A stretch of DNA of 64,000 nt from Tubulanus polymorphus (taxonomy: Eukaryota; Animalia; Nemertea), in NCBI RefSeq assembly GCF_964204645.1, contig NC_134026.1, positions 11,865,950 through 11,929,949 of the forward strand, written 5' to 3'. The notes under the pieces are model-generated. The model saw nothing but the letters and a program-made list of their open reading frames with translations, was not told the origin of the DNA and ran no database searches. The position numbers and the translations under genes are program-made. This document shows positions 1 through 14,339 of the stretch, one piece after another. Within the stretch, counting starts at the first letter, position 1, and every line of letters begins with the position of its first letter.

Positions 1-729
1 ACATGCAAGGATCATCATTCTGCGAAAACCTTCATGAGACCCACATCTGAAGCCATGTAATTGCCTGGTTAGATCGCAAAGAGGATAATGGACATTATTT
101 TTGTCGATACAAATTTATGTGCACAAAACCTTATGCCCACACAGTTGAAAAGATATTTTTGATTTAGTATATAAGTACGTAAGCCTTCGTGGACTTCACG
201 AATCCGTTGCATTAAAATACTTTTAAATATCCCAAAAAATTTATTTACAATAAAAGAAAAAAAACTCTGGACATCTGTATATTATTACATGGGGACAGGA
301 TGATCCTGATCAGGGACGTATCAGTAGCATATCCGTAGCACCTATTCAACAAGTAGCAGACGATGCATATAATTAATTTGATTGTTGAGTTGGAAGCAAT
401 TTACTTTATCTTCATTAAAGGTAATACTATCAGCTATGAACATAGTAAATCGGTTCACAAGAGCCCTGTTTATGACGTCTCTATGCAATTTTCCAAATTA
501 ATTACCGCTGTAAATAACCCCCAATGGAACTCGAGCTTAATGAAGTCCAGCCGAGATATTTAAGAAAGTGCATGAATCATTAATTCATCGAACTATTAAT
601 CATTACAACATTATTGTGATGTTATGATTGATTATATAATGTATATCACACTGTTATAATTGACTAGAAAAATAGAATAATTTTCACTTAAAAATCTAAT
701 ATCAAATGATTTAATAATCATTTAACACG

Positions 730-1960
730 AAGACCTTCTCAATTTCCAATCAAAGTCATTTGATGTTGATGGCTAATGTGAGTGATGACTTGAAATTATG
801 GCTGAATACAATGGCCGCTATGCAAACAGATAATAAATTAATGTTGCTGGGACTCTTGCGTCCCAAATTCCTTATCTAATATTTGAAACTAGGGAATAAT
901 GGAGGAAGTATTGAACAAATCAATTCAATCAACTCTGTCCTAGTTTATAAATTACTTGCAAAATAGTTGTCGAAAGTTCAATTATCTAAATATCAAACTG
1001 TATAACTTGAGGCTAAGGGTCAATTCTCGGTTCACTTTTAATTTTTTTATCAATGATTGTATTAATGTCAGTGACATCATCAAATCGTTACTTTTCGCTG
1101 ATTACCCAAATAGCTTCGCCAGTGGTTTTATCTTTATACGTTTGGCGCAATCCCTGAACCATGCGATAGATTGACCGAGTGGTTCGAAACCAACAAACTA
1201 TCTTTGAATTTAACAAAGAGACATTTCTTGGTAGACCGATAACCACACTCAAACGTGGTGAACGGATAATAAGATAAAAACCCACTATCTACAGATTAAA
1301 AGAATTTAAAAACAAGAATTTATTTATTCAATCTAAAATATGTAGAATACAAGACGTTTCGATCTCACCCTAGAGATCATCGTCACGCCTGACGATAATC
1401 TCTCTAGGCGTTTGGTTCCAATTTGCCTCATGATACTCCAAGTCATTGATTGATAAGGGCCAAAATACGAACTTACTAGACGTTAACAAACGGAAATGGA
1501 ATACTCATATAATGTAGATTATGTTCGACTCAAGGTTGCCCGTAGTCTTAGCATATTGAATTGATTGAAACGCTCATTACGCCAACCTAAACTAGCTTGG
1601 CTTCATTTCAGTTCTAGTGGAACCATTCAGTAACATTGTTTCGGCAACATTGTTTACAGTCCCTACTTTTGCTACAAAACGTGCTGTGAGCATGATACAA
1701 AATTCGCATTATTCAGGTCGCAGCGATCCTCTTTTTATTCGATTGAATATTTTTATTCGCGTAATTAGCAAATTCCAGTTGGGTTGTTTTATGTTTAATC
1801 ATGCAAATTTAAATACGGATAGTTTTAAGAACTATTTCAAGTACAATTTTCAGATGGTTATCAAACGCGAGGTATTAATAATCTACATCCGATTATCGTT
1901 TCCGTAAAAAAACAATTCTCGGTTAATGATTTATGGCCTAAACTTATGGAATTTTCCATC
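730..1960 (+). pseudogene. Highly degenerate non-LTR retrotransposon (CR1/L2-group) reverse transcriptase remnant
   Basis: Frameshifted residues KGSILGSLL..FFIND..SDIIKSLLFADY around 1015-1105 match the PQGSILGPLLF.IYIND..LFADD RT motifs. Interrupted by a Penelope terminal fragment. Boundaries approximate. Confidence 0.6.
1237..1410 (-). mobile_element. Penelope-type terminal repeat (pLTR) fragment with hammerhead-like motif
   Basis: 1237-1313 is nearly identical to 49618-49694, which abuts a Penelope RT. Minus strand 1385-1353 reads TGACGA-T-GATCTC-TAGGGT-GAGATC-GAAA-CGTC. Confidence 0.6.
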
Positions 1961-4900
1961 GTTGGACTTGAATAATCATAAATATTAATATATTAACGAA
2001 TAATTATAAATGAGTCGCAAGACGGGTGGGGGCTCCCCCAAAAAAATTTGAATTACTGAATGTATTTTTCGAGCATTTGGAACGATTTTAAGACCTATGA
2101 ACTTTTATTTCACTAATTTCTCCATAAGAAAAAATAACTTAATGAAAAATGAGTGGATGCCAATTTCAAAATTGCCAATCCCCTCCCCGGCGACGCTCCT
2201 AGGTTCTTTCATAGAATCTAGTCCTCGTATTCATAGGATTTACCAATGATTAGACATCAACACATCTTAAAGAAACTCTCACCTGAACAGCAGTTGGAAC
2301 CAATATAAAAAACAGACATTCAATCGGGACCTCAGTTGAGTCAATTATTGCAAATCCCATGGAGTTTCTCCTGCAGAATCTATGGCGGATCTAGATTGAG
2401 TTGAGGTACGTACAATCGAACTCTACCCGAAACGTCTCGTGTTCTGACACATAAAAGTATCAAAGATATAAATTGTTACATCTGGACTCGGTTTTACATG
2501 TATCAGCTAAATATGTCTGCTGAAATTAGTTCTTTTTCAAATTTTAATTCGATGATCAAATTTTAACCGATCACTTTGTAATTGAGTCTTTAGTCAACAC
2601 AGGTTTTGAAATTAGGGGGCAAAGTCAAACCCTAATTGAACTTTATGGTGGCTGGTAGAGTTCCTCGTATGCAAATGATGCCCTAGAACGTGACTCAGCG
2701 AGGTGGAATTAATTGGCCTACTAAGACCACCTGCTTGATACGTTAGCTACTCATATGAGGTCATGGTCTGTCCCAGGGGACATGGCATGCTCAGGTACGA
2801 TCACTCGGGTCGACCTGTAGGCATTCGGGTAAATTTTGAAGCAAGATGTATCTGGGCACACACGCTCCCGCGATTAATTGCTTGATACGTGTACTTGAAT
2901 GGCATAAAAGTGAAGAGTTTACTTCGAAAATAATGTTGCTGCAACGTTTTGCGAGTTTGCAATTCAGTTAAATGAAACGTGATTATGAGGTCCAATCTGG
3001 TTATCAAGAAGCTATCTAATGACTGATAAAATTACAATTATCTTGTCTCATCGTTCGTCAACGTATGTCAGTAGCTGACTTGATTTCCGTTTTAAGTAAT
3101 TAATCTGTGGTGAAGCTTTCATAAATCAATTTCCGATGACGACACCACCGCGGTAAAGGTTACATATCTCATTTACTGCAACTCTTGGTTTGAAAGAAAG
3201 CCATGGATACTGAAACCTTTTTTCTCATTCTCGAGCAAATGATTCGACAGGAAATGATTTTTGATTAAGAGCATCAGCGCAAATTAATCATCAGGACATT
3301 TGAATTTGATGCATGGTTTCGTTTCTCATTCCTCTTCTATTTAGATTTAGTATTATTTCAACCAAATTAAACAGATTCAGATGAATTTAGTGAAATACGA
3401 TTCTATGCCTCATTTTAGATCTAGTTTTTGTTCCATATGTTGGTCTGATATTGGCCAGGGCATACTTAAAATGCGTCTTATTGAGGCAGTGTTTGCTGAC
3501 GAACCTGTTTGTGTCGATGATTAGCGATCAGAATGATGGAATGACCGATGCGTGATAAATCGGTTACTTTAGGGGGATTTACAAGAACCGGAAATAGCAC
3601 GAGAATCTCGAGAGCACACGAGTTTCGGCTCGCCTTGCCGGTTACACGAGAACCAATCCGATTTGTATTTGATCGCTTGGAGCAGAAACTTTTGGCGAAT
3701 CCCAAGTGATTAATTTGTTCACGAAAGAATGATATCCGGAGTATTATGGAAAACCAGGTTGCGCGCTTATCCACGCGGAAAGTGTCAAATGTCAAATACC
3801 GTGTCGGTCTTGATTTGTCAACATTTCCTAAACGAAACGTCCCCAGAGAGATAAATCTTTGGTGGTCAATGTTTTTGCACTAGCTGTCAAATCAGTGGAT
3901 GTAATTGCACGTACAAAATGATATGTTGAGTGCGTGAAGATGTCCATTGCACAACAATCTTCAAAAAATAAACTACAGTCTCTGATTGCGTATTATTTTT
4001 GAGTCCAAACACTGGTGATAATAACGGTAACTGGTACGATAATGATATTCGTTTTGTAAATTGATGTTACAAAAACACATGAGTGATTTAGGAAATTAAT
4101 GATAGAAGTGGAGCCATCAAGCCTGTACAGTGACTATACGAACGTTCAGGTGGTCCCTTGGTGTTTTGTGATGGTGATGAATAAATGATCGAGAACTATA
4201 GATTTTGATAATAATAAATGCTCATAAGTAATCCTACATTATGGTTATAAGAAATAGTAATACGTAAATGAACAATAGTAAATGAAGGTGACTGCCACAT
4301 ATATGCAACCAGATTTATTCCTCCAAATCTGTCTAAGAATGTAGCTGCGTTTATGATTACCACATCACTTCGTTTTCATTAGTTTTCCATACACGAACGT
4401 ACAATATGTTGAAATGGTGGCTGTAATATGGCTTTAAGCTCTCAGACGACACTGCACCAATTTTGATTTGCAGCTACGCAGTTGTCACTAGAAGGGTATC
4501 AATCATCGGTCAGACCACGTGAATACCGTATAATTTCATCACCAAATATAATCACACATAAGTTTAGAGCGGAATACATGGTCCCATCTATCCTGATTTG
4601 TCAGGCTATGCGCGTGTCATGAACGCGGCCGCATATGCGACGATCGTATTAACTTCATTATCTCCAGTTCTAGAAAACAGTGTCACGTTAATGTTCTAAT
4701 AATTCAAGTCCAGCTGAAATTCGACCAAACTTGACACAATCGTGGACAGTTCGTTGATGAAACTCTTTCAACAACAGCATATAAACACTCTTTTCGCAAT
4801 AAGTGCCTGTCCGTGTGGTCAAAAACCTAATTTGATTATTTGAAATTACTAGAAACTACTATAGTATGTCGATTATCACTCTAGTTTTAAAGGTCTTCTT

Positions 4901-6789
4901 GTTTCAAAATATATATGGAAAGTGGTGTACTACCTTTGGATTCCCACGGAAACAGCTTCATAAATCAGATGCAAATCGGAAATTAGCCCTGTAGAGTTTT
5001 ATGGTTATAGTCATTCCAACCATCTGCGGTGTGGCGAGAACCTTTTTTGGCGGAAATAAACAATCATAGTTGGCATTTGAAGTTCCATTGCGTGCATCGC
5101 TTTGATAGAAAGATATGCATAATGCTACATATTGTTATATAGACCCATTAATATCATTACTATCTTTGGCATCAAACATATATCCTCTTTTTTCACTTTA
5201 TTGGCATAAACTATTACATTTTAAAAGATACGTACGTACGTACGTTAACATGTAGAAAGGGTCTTACGAGGGAAGCCGAGGGATCGTGGAATAACTACAA
5301 ATGGCGGCCCATTACTCAAATGGGAACAATAGCACCGATATAATTATGCGTCATTATAAATATGATGTCAAAGACACTATTAACAATATAGAATATAATG
5401 CCTAATCAAATTTTCATTCATAAAAATGCATAGAATTCGAATACCATCAGAATAAGTATAGTAACATAACCACGTCTACCTCGTTGAGCCGGGGTATCGA
5501 TGGACGATGGTTGGACTAAAACCCGCGTTCGCGGTGAGTAGCGTCTATACCTAACTCGTATCAGAAATCAGGAAAATGCAGTTTTACGCCAACGCGGGGT
5601 CGATGCGAAGCGTATCCTTCTTTTTCAACAAGTGTTTCTAAAATACGGGATTGGCGAAAAACTCTGTATTCTCCCGTTTTTCGTGCGTTTATAAGAAGTA
5701 AGCGTAGACGAAACTTATTATCTGGATAGAATGCAGGTGGAATTCACTATTTCCACGTCAGTCTTTTAGGCCAGGACAGGGAAGTCATCTTTTTACTAAT
5801 CAATTTACAAATGTGTGGATCGTTCATTTTAAGATTGATATCAAGTATTGCATAATCCAATGTTTGAGATGACAAAGGGCGCAGAGATCTTAATGCCGAT
5901 CGATATTTTACAATTTCCTTATTCCTCAGTAATTTGTCGGGACCACACCCAGGCCATCTAAGAATGAATTTTCCAGCCCAAGGGTTATTCAAAGATATCA
6001 GGATAGACGCAGCGCATTCCGTCTCATAAATCAATGTTGATTTTTGTTCTTTTCTACCATATACAGATTTAGCATACGATATTTGGGTTATGATACACAG
6101 AGAGAGCTTTGTTTCTGGTAAAATATTATGCATTTTTTACACAATTTTGATGAATCAGTGTCGATCCACGAAGCGTTCTACCGTACTTTTTTGTTTCATT
6201 TTAATTTGAAACGGACTCTATGAAAGTACTAGGCCAAGATTTGAGTTAACCCGATTTTGATGTTCACTGTAATCAACGTAATTACGGACGTAATCCCTTG
6301 AAGATAAATAAGATTGGCAACCGAGAAAATAAACCAGGAAACTAGGCGACACGGCAGAATATAATTATGCGGATAATATGTCATAACTGTCGAATGCGAG
6401 TTGACAGAAACTAGACGATATCGTCAAACTGGTTCATCAATCTTTTGAAATATCAGTGATGCGAATGACATCGGGTTGCGTGAATCTACATTATAAGCCT
6501 TTCTGCGATGACTACAACATAAAGCAGGGTTTAGTACGATTTGAAATCCGTATAAACTGTCCCAATACGATATCGAACAACGGAATAATAATGACACGGT
6601 CAGTTTTAATTACACTAAAAGGATGTCTGATGTCAACTAAGATAAATCATTAACTCTCCTCCCATTTACTTTTGGACGTTCAAGAAAATTAAAAAATTTG
6701 TTTTAATGGTTAAGTGCTTCATGTGGTGCGAGAATTTCAAGAACAGAACTTAAACTACAAAATTTGATTTTGTACTCTGAACAATAGGA

Positions 6790-6846
6790 TATGTAGATGG
6801 TACATAAGACTATAATCATTGATAATCTTATGTACCATCTTACATA
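6790..6846. repeat. Imperfect palindrome/hairpin
   Basis: TATGTAGATGGTACATAAGA, 16-nt spacer, TCTTATGTACCATCTTACATA. Confidence 0.7.
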
Positions 6847-6948
6847 GGCCTGTTTTTTAGAGTTTCATTGTGCAAAGTCTTTTAGAGCTTAAGCGTCAAG
6901 AAGAGGACCGTAATGTTTGCGAATGTAAACAGGCTTTGGGGTTATTGT

Positions 6949-7979
6949 AATAAACCATTTTACAGTTGCTAGCCGCCATTTTGTTAGGGTACTTTTGTCC
7001 CGTATTGTTGGGTCATTTTTTTCTCTTTTTTAAAAACTATCCGTGATGTGTATTGTATCATATTTCATCTGTCGATGGATGGATTTTGACAACTTCAGCA
7101 ACATTCAAACCGCGTGAATCTCTAGTTTTCAGTTATGTTAAAATCATTCCTCAAATTTACAACATTGCGACATGAGAGCGATATAAAAATCGGTGGTCAG
7201 TTTTTGCCGTGCGCATAGAAATCCAGGGTACTGAACTTTGAAGTTCGTTTTTTTCAGAAATAATTTTCTAAAAAATCCAAACATTTCAAGCACTGTGCGC
7301 ATAAACGCCCCCTTTCAGGTGAACTTTGAAATTTTAAGATATCTTGCCTAGTTTTTTTCCTATGGCTCTTTAACTGCAGCGCGTGTATTGTCATTCCGAG
7401 ATTTGGCGCTGTTTTCTTTGCGTGTATTTCAGTATATGGGTGTTATTTCTTCATTTTCACTACACTTGTCTCTACGGAAAATGGTTTTAATTGTTGGTAC
7501 GAGTATCAGGTTTAAATATTACGGCATTAATACTGTATTCCGTTCTCCGGCGCTAGTTCGTAATGGCTGTAATGGTAACCGCTTTTACGGCAGGCAGAGG
7601 CTTACGTACATGCACCTAAGAAAACCCAAAATATCACTCTTTTGTTGTAAATGCAATCCACACACTTCTTGCGTTTTTGGTGATGGTAGATGTCACTTTT
7701 TACTTTTTATCACCTGCGTCTGACATTCGAAAAAAAGAAAACGTTTTCCTATATTTTCTTCCCAATCTAATCAATCTTGAGTGTACTTAATAGAAAGTAT
7801 TCATAGAAAGTAGCTGAATATTTGCCCCACCCCATTTGTCCAGCTTTTTGACCACTTCTCCATCCATCTAATTTCAGTAGATTTTTATGTAAATTTATTG
7901 ATAGACTACTGATTTAAATGGTCATCATACTCGATTTACCCTAACAAAATGGCGGCTAGCAACTGTAAAATGGTTTATT
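6949..7979. mobile_element. Non-autonomous DNA transposon (MITE) with ~43-bp TIRs
   Basis: AATAAACCATTTTACAGTTGCTAGCCGCCATTTTGTTAGGGTA at the left end and its reverse complement at 7937-7979. Related solo ends near 8370-8410 and 10820-10858. Confidence 0.8.
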
Positions 7980-9840
7980 GTCTTTAGACTATTCGTTGTG
8001 GGAGTGAAACTGAATTTGGTTCTCATTTAGTTGAATTATCAAAGGTGCTTGTCGCTAATTTTTTGTAACTAATTTCTTCTAATGATATATTTACATAAAA
8101 TTTTTATTAATTTTCTTTTGCTCGACCCATTTGCGAAAAAGTTCAACAGCTAAAATTCTTGGTTCAGTTGCTACCGGTAATCACCAGTTTAAAAAAAAAC
8201 CTCGGATGCAACGTTGAGCATCCTGTTGATCATTCGTAGTACGGATTGTTGCTAATTATTTGATTATTTTATGATTTTTACATAAAATGTTTCTGAGAAC
8301 GATTATCCTTCGAAGGACTGAGAAACTTCCGGAGAAACTCAAACGACTCGACAATACAAGACATATCATCCAACAAAATGGGGGCTAGCAACTGTTGCAA
8401 TATGGTTTATAGATACATTCTAGTGGCGAAACAGCGTTCCAATAATAGATTTTCATAACAGCGTTTATCTCCCGGACACGTTTACAAACAAGTTAAACAA
8501 TTAAAACTTCCTGGTTCAGTCATTATCGATTATGATCAGTTTAAGCATACTCCCAGGCGCTTCAGGGGAGATTGCTGAGCATAATTTCTAATGCCGGTAC
8601 TCGTGGTAATGTATATTATAATTCGCTTCATTTTCACGCATTCGCTCATTCCATTAAACATTATGATTATATCATCGTAACACAACCATATATACTCTGG
8701 CACGTAGCCAGCAGCATATCAATCCAATAAAATAAATGACATCTGAATCGCGATACATTCTACGTTTACACACTGTATCATACGAAATATTGCAACTTTA
8801 TTTAATTTCAATTAATTATTGACACATATTTTTGTTTACAATACTCGACGACTTGTGTAGATAAGGATTTACCGGGAGCCAGAATTATTAGATTTGCCTA
8901 GTATTTACACTATTTAGCTTAACTGATCTATAATACATAAGAGCCATCGACCAGTGATACCTCGATAGTCAAGAAGCAAAGCAGAGGTCTCAACAACCAC
9001 AAAGAATGTGGCGAATGAAATAAAAACTATTAATCATTATTATTAAACAACAAATGGTGACAAATTAAGGCTAATAGAATAACTTATTTAAGGTGTGATA
9101 GAATAGGAATTTTCTATTGAAGGTAATTACGTATCTTTCTTGAGCTGAATAGATAATGGTCAAGTGTAGTAAGCTTATGGAATCATGACCTGAAATATGA
9201 AATGATATATTCTATGGTACAACATACCAAAAAATGATTCAAGAATAAGCATTATACACATTTGACAGATTCAAGATGGAAAAATACCGAGTCTTTGAAA
9301 GCAATGGCAAAAATGTGATCAATAGATTTTGTAAGTTTGAAAAACCATCTAAACCCATCCTGAATATCTCACAATGTATTTTGGTCACACATAAGCCGAA
9401 AATATCTCACTCATCTTTTCGCCTAAGGCAACTTTATGAAGAAAAATATACTCCTTTTATCCAACACTCTTTGATCGCTCAATAAGACAGGAACATCACA
9501 ATTTTCCTTAACAAATGAATAATATTTCATATCATTTAGACTTGTATTCTAGATGCATCGAGTTCAACACCTATAAGTTAGGAACTAATTTATCTGAAAT
9601 GGTTAGCATGACGTCGTTTAATATCTGGAATAATCTAGGTTTTGTACGGACGTACCGTTTTATCATTCAACCGTAAAGTAACCTATTCTACTACGAAACA
9701 CTATATTTCTTACTCTAAAGACATGATATCAATAATCTAAATCTTGGTTTGAGAAATCTGAATTGATCTGCGTGTAGAAAAAAATTGTCAGTACTTGGTC
9801 ATTACATCTCATGTCGTATTGTTGCACAGTTAGTACAGTC

Positions 9841-10605
9841 TATTTATTTTTGATTGTCCACGATCTTTTTGGGATATTTCGCTTAATTTTGAGTGTGCAT
9901 ACCTCAAATAGGTCTTAATCGAATCAGTAGAGTTGTGCAGTCCAGATAAATCACATAAATCATCGTTTTTGTATCCATTTTACACTGTTTAGAAGGATTG
10001 ATGAATATTCTCGAAGATTGAGGTTTAAATCAGCGAGAAAGACCGCCATTTTGTTCGTTTTTGCTTATTTCTTTATGCAAATGAGGCATTGCACACATGC
10101 GCAATGAGGCGAGGATGCGTCAATTATATCATGGGGGATGTAGCAGCTTCTTGTCGCCAAGAGACCAATCAACGACTCACAATATTACTCTAGAAAGCCG
10201 TTTTAGTGAATAAAGATGGCTTTGTCAAAGGTATCAAAACAATGTGGTTTGGCAATGATTTAGGCCTATGATAGCGCAACCATTACGGCCGTACCCACGT
10301 AGTGAAACACGTGCGAGCAACGTACTCTCCCCATAAAAATAAACTTACCGAGATCACATGGTACACACTGCTCATTTGCATAAAGAAGTAAACAAACTGG
10401 AACCAAATGGCGGTCTTTCTCGCCGATTTAAAGCTCAACTTTCGAGAATATTCATCAATCCTTCCACTCGGTACAAAATGGATATAAAAACGATGATTTT
10501 TCTGGACTGTACAACTCTACTGATTCGATTAAGACCTATTTGAGGTATGCACACCCAAAATTAAGCATAATATCCCAAAAAGATCGTGGACAATCAAAAA
10601 TAAAT
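9841..10605. mobile_element. Foldback MITE with ~245-bp inverted arms
   Basis: 9841-10085 is an imperfect reverse complement of 10371-10605 (e.g. TTGTCCACGATCTTTTTGGGATATT / AATATCCCAAAAAGATCGTGGACAA). Confidence 0.85.
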
Positions 10606-12025
10606 AAACATTTGTTATCTATCAAAGTAATTGAAGTGTTAATGCTAGTATTGATGTTTTTTTACCTTAACAAAACGCTAACAGCGCGTTCGTGCGCCCG
10701 TCCCAGAATGTAGTCAGGGTTTTACAAATCCAACGGTGAAATATTACAATACAATATGCCTCTAAAATATTTTTCAAAACGAGAAACAAAAAATACCCAA
10801 CAATACAGGACAGGTCATCCAAAAATGGCGGTTAGCAACTGTAGAATATGGTTTATTGATACACATCCCCTTATAGTGGCAATTAACATCGCCCATACAC
10901 CATTTGGAGATTCGCCATCTAGCAGCATAAATTCTGATGAATGTATGGCGTTGTCTAGTAGAATTCTCAACTCATTCCATTTCCATCAGATTTGTCAATA
11001 TGAGGATACTGAGGGAAGTATTATATTTATCATATTGTCATTGGCATAATATGTAGTTGCTGAAATGATAAACTAATAGATCCGATGACATTTGTTTCTG
11101 TTCTGGGGCCATTTGATATGATGCCTACCCAGGAGATGACAAAATTTAATTGGTTTTCTTCGATAAAACATAATTTTCATACCATTTTGAACAGAAAGAC
11201 TTCTAGCATGAAATCTGATAAATTTGTATGGCATTGTCGAGTAAATTTTGAACATGTGATGCCTTGTCAATACAATATAACATGAGGAGCAAGAGAATTG
11301 CCATATCATGTCACTGGTATGATATACGTATGTTACTGGAATTAGAAAGTAGAGATTGGACTGACCATTACCAACAGCCAGCTTTAGGAAACCGTACTGA
11401 CGTAATAAGTCCGATGATATTTCTTTCACATCCGGAGCCAATTGAATTACCTATGGAGGAGAAAATAAAACTTAATACTTTGATAGAAAACATCACGTTT
11501 CATGCCGTTTGAAATAAAAGTATGACTTCTACCTAAATTGAATAGAGCACACTGCTGGACATTTTTCATACAACATTATTTGGATTGTCCTCAGGAATAT
11601 TCATTGAGGTGTGGCGATGGCTTCAGGACTACCAATTATTTTCAGAATGTCGAAATACTCGAAATGTTTGAATCTTCTGATTTGTTTTTACCTAATAGTG
11701 CTAAGACCAGAATTCTGAAACAAAAGATAGCAATATTTGTATACAACTGGCCCATTACTACTCGGGGAATGAATGCTTAAAGTCAAGCATATCATAATAA
11801 ATATAAATAGGATTTAGTTAGTATTGTACACATTATCTCTTGATTGCTCTAACACGAGTCACTTCAACCGTGTTCACTGATCTCTTGTTTACATGCCACT
11901 GAACCACATTCTTAGATATAATAACAAATTTTACCGAATATACAATGTGTGGAATTTTTCGCCCTGTGATATACTGATATATATGTGTACTGGTATATAT
12001 ATAATTAGACCTAGCAAAAATCGCA

Positions 12026-12089
12026 ATGGCACAGTTCAATGGTTATAACAAAATGAAGGCCATGTTTCGTCTGGATGACTTATTCAAAG
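12026..12089 (+). CDS. Kelch-repeat protein, probable first coding exon (MAQFNGYNKMKAMFRLDDLFK)
   Basis: ATG at 12026; donor G|gtaaca is phase 1 and joins the next exon in frame. No homology support for this short exon. Confidence 0.5.
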
Positions 12090-12364
12090 GTAACATCTTA
12101 TTTGATTTGATTAACACAGTTGGAAAATTCGAATTCGATGCATAAGATATCGTCGATAATCGTATCAGCTTTGTTTTGAAATTCATCTCTTCGAGTTTCC
12201 ACTCGTAATTATTAGCTCAAAATGTGAGGGCTCTTTAATTGTTGGATTTCGTTAGCGTTAGTGTGCATTTTCCATTCGTAAAGTACGTAATTGTATTCAC
12301 TGAATATATTTTAACCAATAAACATTTTGTGTGTCCCTAATTTTTGCAAAATTTTTCTTCGAAG

Positions 12365-12841
12365 ATCTATCCTTCGTTAACACGACTCGCATCGAAAAAC
12401 TAGCGAACGGTGAATTTTACCCTCCGATCGCGAAACGTCAGGGTCTACTACCAGTCATCAATACGGACGCCGCGGCGAAAAAAGTCACCGCAAAAACTCC
12501 CACACGACAGGATACCGAAAAATTTGTGTTAATTTTCCCAAAATCCTCGGATGACATTCGTTTATCATATCTGGTTGTCGATGGGCGACGCGAAAGAATT
12601 CTACCGAGGATCCATCATCTCGGGTGGGTGAAATTACGTGGTATCATCGACTATAGAGCGATCGTCTGCCAAAATGTACTCTATATAATTGGCGGAAAAC
12701 GGACAGATACGAAGGAAGTTTTGTCACGAACGATTCGTTACGACCCGATGACAAATACATGGTTTAAATGTGCTGATATGAAGACAGCTCGATACAGATT
12801 TTCAGTTACTGTCGTCGGTTCTGACAAGATAATTGTGTCTG
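12365..12841 (+). CDS. Kelch-repeat protein exon 2
   Basis: Acceptor ttttcttcgaag, donor G|gtaagt. Encodes VLYIIGGK..RYDPMTNTWFKCADMKTARYRFSVTVVGSDKIIVSG (Kelch GG, Y and W signature). Confidence 0.88.
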
Positions 12842-13175
12842 GTAAGTGTAGTGTAATCAACACGGTTGAACGGTCCTTTCGGCAGTTTCAGGTGGATAGC
12901 TCTAGCTGAATATACATTTCTATTGCTTAGTTGACAAACAGAAATAATATATGCAAGAGATCCATTCACCAATCAAGGGATGAACAATTTTGTTCCGAAG
13001 TAATTCAAACTCAAGAATTATTTTAACTTCTAGAAGCATCACAACTATGAAGCCGCGCCAGTTCGTTGCTTTTGTATAAAAGCTGACTGTAAGAGATCCT
13101 CCGCCATCTGGCATATTTCACTATGCTATGAGATTCCATTACAAATCGCTCCAAAGATATTTTTCATTCTTTCAG

Positions 13176-13365
13176 GTGGTCAGGACGATATAAATGGCTC
13201 ATTGTGGTCTAGTGAAATGCTTGACACGAGAAGGAATAGATGGATTGAGCAACCAAATTTACCAAAACCATGTAAATACAGCACTAGTGCGGCGAGTCCA
13301 GATGGTACTGTGTATCTTATTGGCGGCCAGCTTCCACCTCTCGACAGCGCCGGAATGAATGTATG
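13176..13365 (+). CDS. Kelch-repeat protein exon 3
   Basis: ttctttcag| acceptor, TG|gtaagt donor. GGQDDINGSLWSSEMLDTRRNRWIEQPNLPKPCKYSTSAASPDGTVYLIGGQ. Confidence 0.92.
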
Positions 13366-14159
13366 GTAAGTAATCCCCTCATAGAAAAATATAAAATCAG
13401 CGTCTTTATCGGTAACTGATAAGTTGTTCTACTTTTTGCACGGAATGATAGAAATTAGTGTATCATAAGTGGCTAATTTCAAAATTAGAAAAATCTTTTC
13501 ATTTGTAATTTGATGTTCGCGCACCAGTTTTTGTTTACGCCAACGCTGAACACGTGGTAATTATCATTAGTCAATTGACAGTAACTACGTCACTACGGGA
13601 TGCATCAGAAGAATTGAATCACGAATCAGGCTTGCGAGTTATTCAACTTAATCGAACACCTGTTTGGCAATTCAATTCAGAAATTTCCAGAAATGATTTG
13701 ACGTTTTAAACATCAAGTTAGTAATTAATTTGTCAAAATGCAATTTATGATCTGATTCAATAGATAACTAACCCATATCATATCGCCCATAGCGGATCCA
13801 GGGGTCGAATGTAAGTACCGCACAAGATTGCATCTCACGCAAGTGACGAGGGCCGAAGTCCCGACGCCCCAGTGGAGGGTTTGGGGTTCCCCCCCCCCCG
13901 AAAAAATTGAGTTGTTTTGCGATCCGTCGAAGACAATATCAAGCAACCAATGCCCGTGTGTTACTTATCAAGGAGTCGTAAACTTTTAAACTTTCAAGTC
14001 AGCTTTCTTTTGAAATTAGTATCACTACATAAATTAGTTATTTCGTTAGTTACTGATTAATCTAATAGATGGCGACAGCGTGATATCATAGTAGCATAGT
14101 AATTTCATCATAGTAATCATAGTAATTTACTTGAATATATGATTTTGCGCTACTTGACG

Positions 14160-14339
14160 ACCGCGCAAAAACAAATCTTTAGCGCCCAAAAACAAATCTC
14201 AACGTCCTAAAAACAAACTTTAAGCGTGCAGAAACGAAATGTTTTGGTTTTGCGCGTTAAGAGTTTGTTTTTGCGCGGTAAGATTTGTTTTTCGTGGAGG
14301 ATGAAAAAAAAATATTGACACGCCCGAATCAGCCTCCAT
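14160..14339. mobile_element. IS3EU-like MITE remnant with short inverted subrepeats
   Basis: GCGCAAAAACAAA-type units face their inverted copies. Ends in AATCAGCCTCCATA, like the termini near 24630 and 55259. Confidence 0.45.

Noticed and set aside
3478-6133. ORFs 3478-3795 and 5747-6133 as genes or upstream BTB exons of the Kelch gene
   Set aside because: They are on the opposite strand to the Kelch gene and show no recognisable motifs or splice support.
11073-11780. Minus-strand coding-like remnant (QLAPDVKEISSDLL / QMAPEQKQMSSDLL similarity)
   Set aside because: Multiple stops and no recognisable family; cannot be supported without a search.
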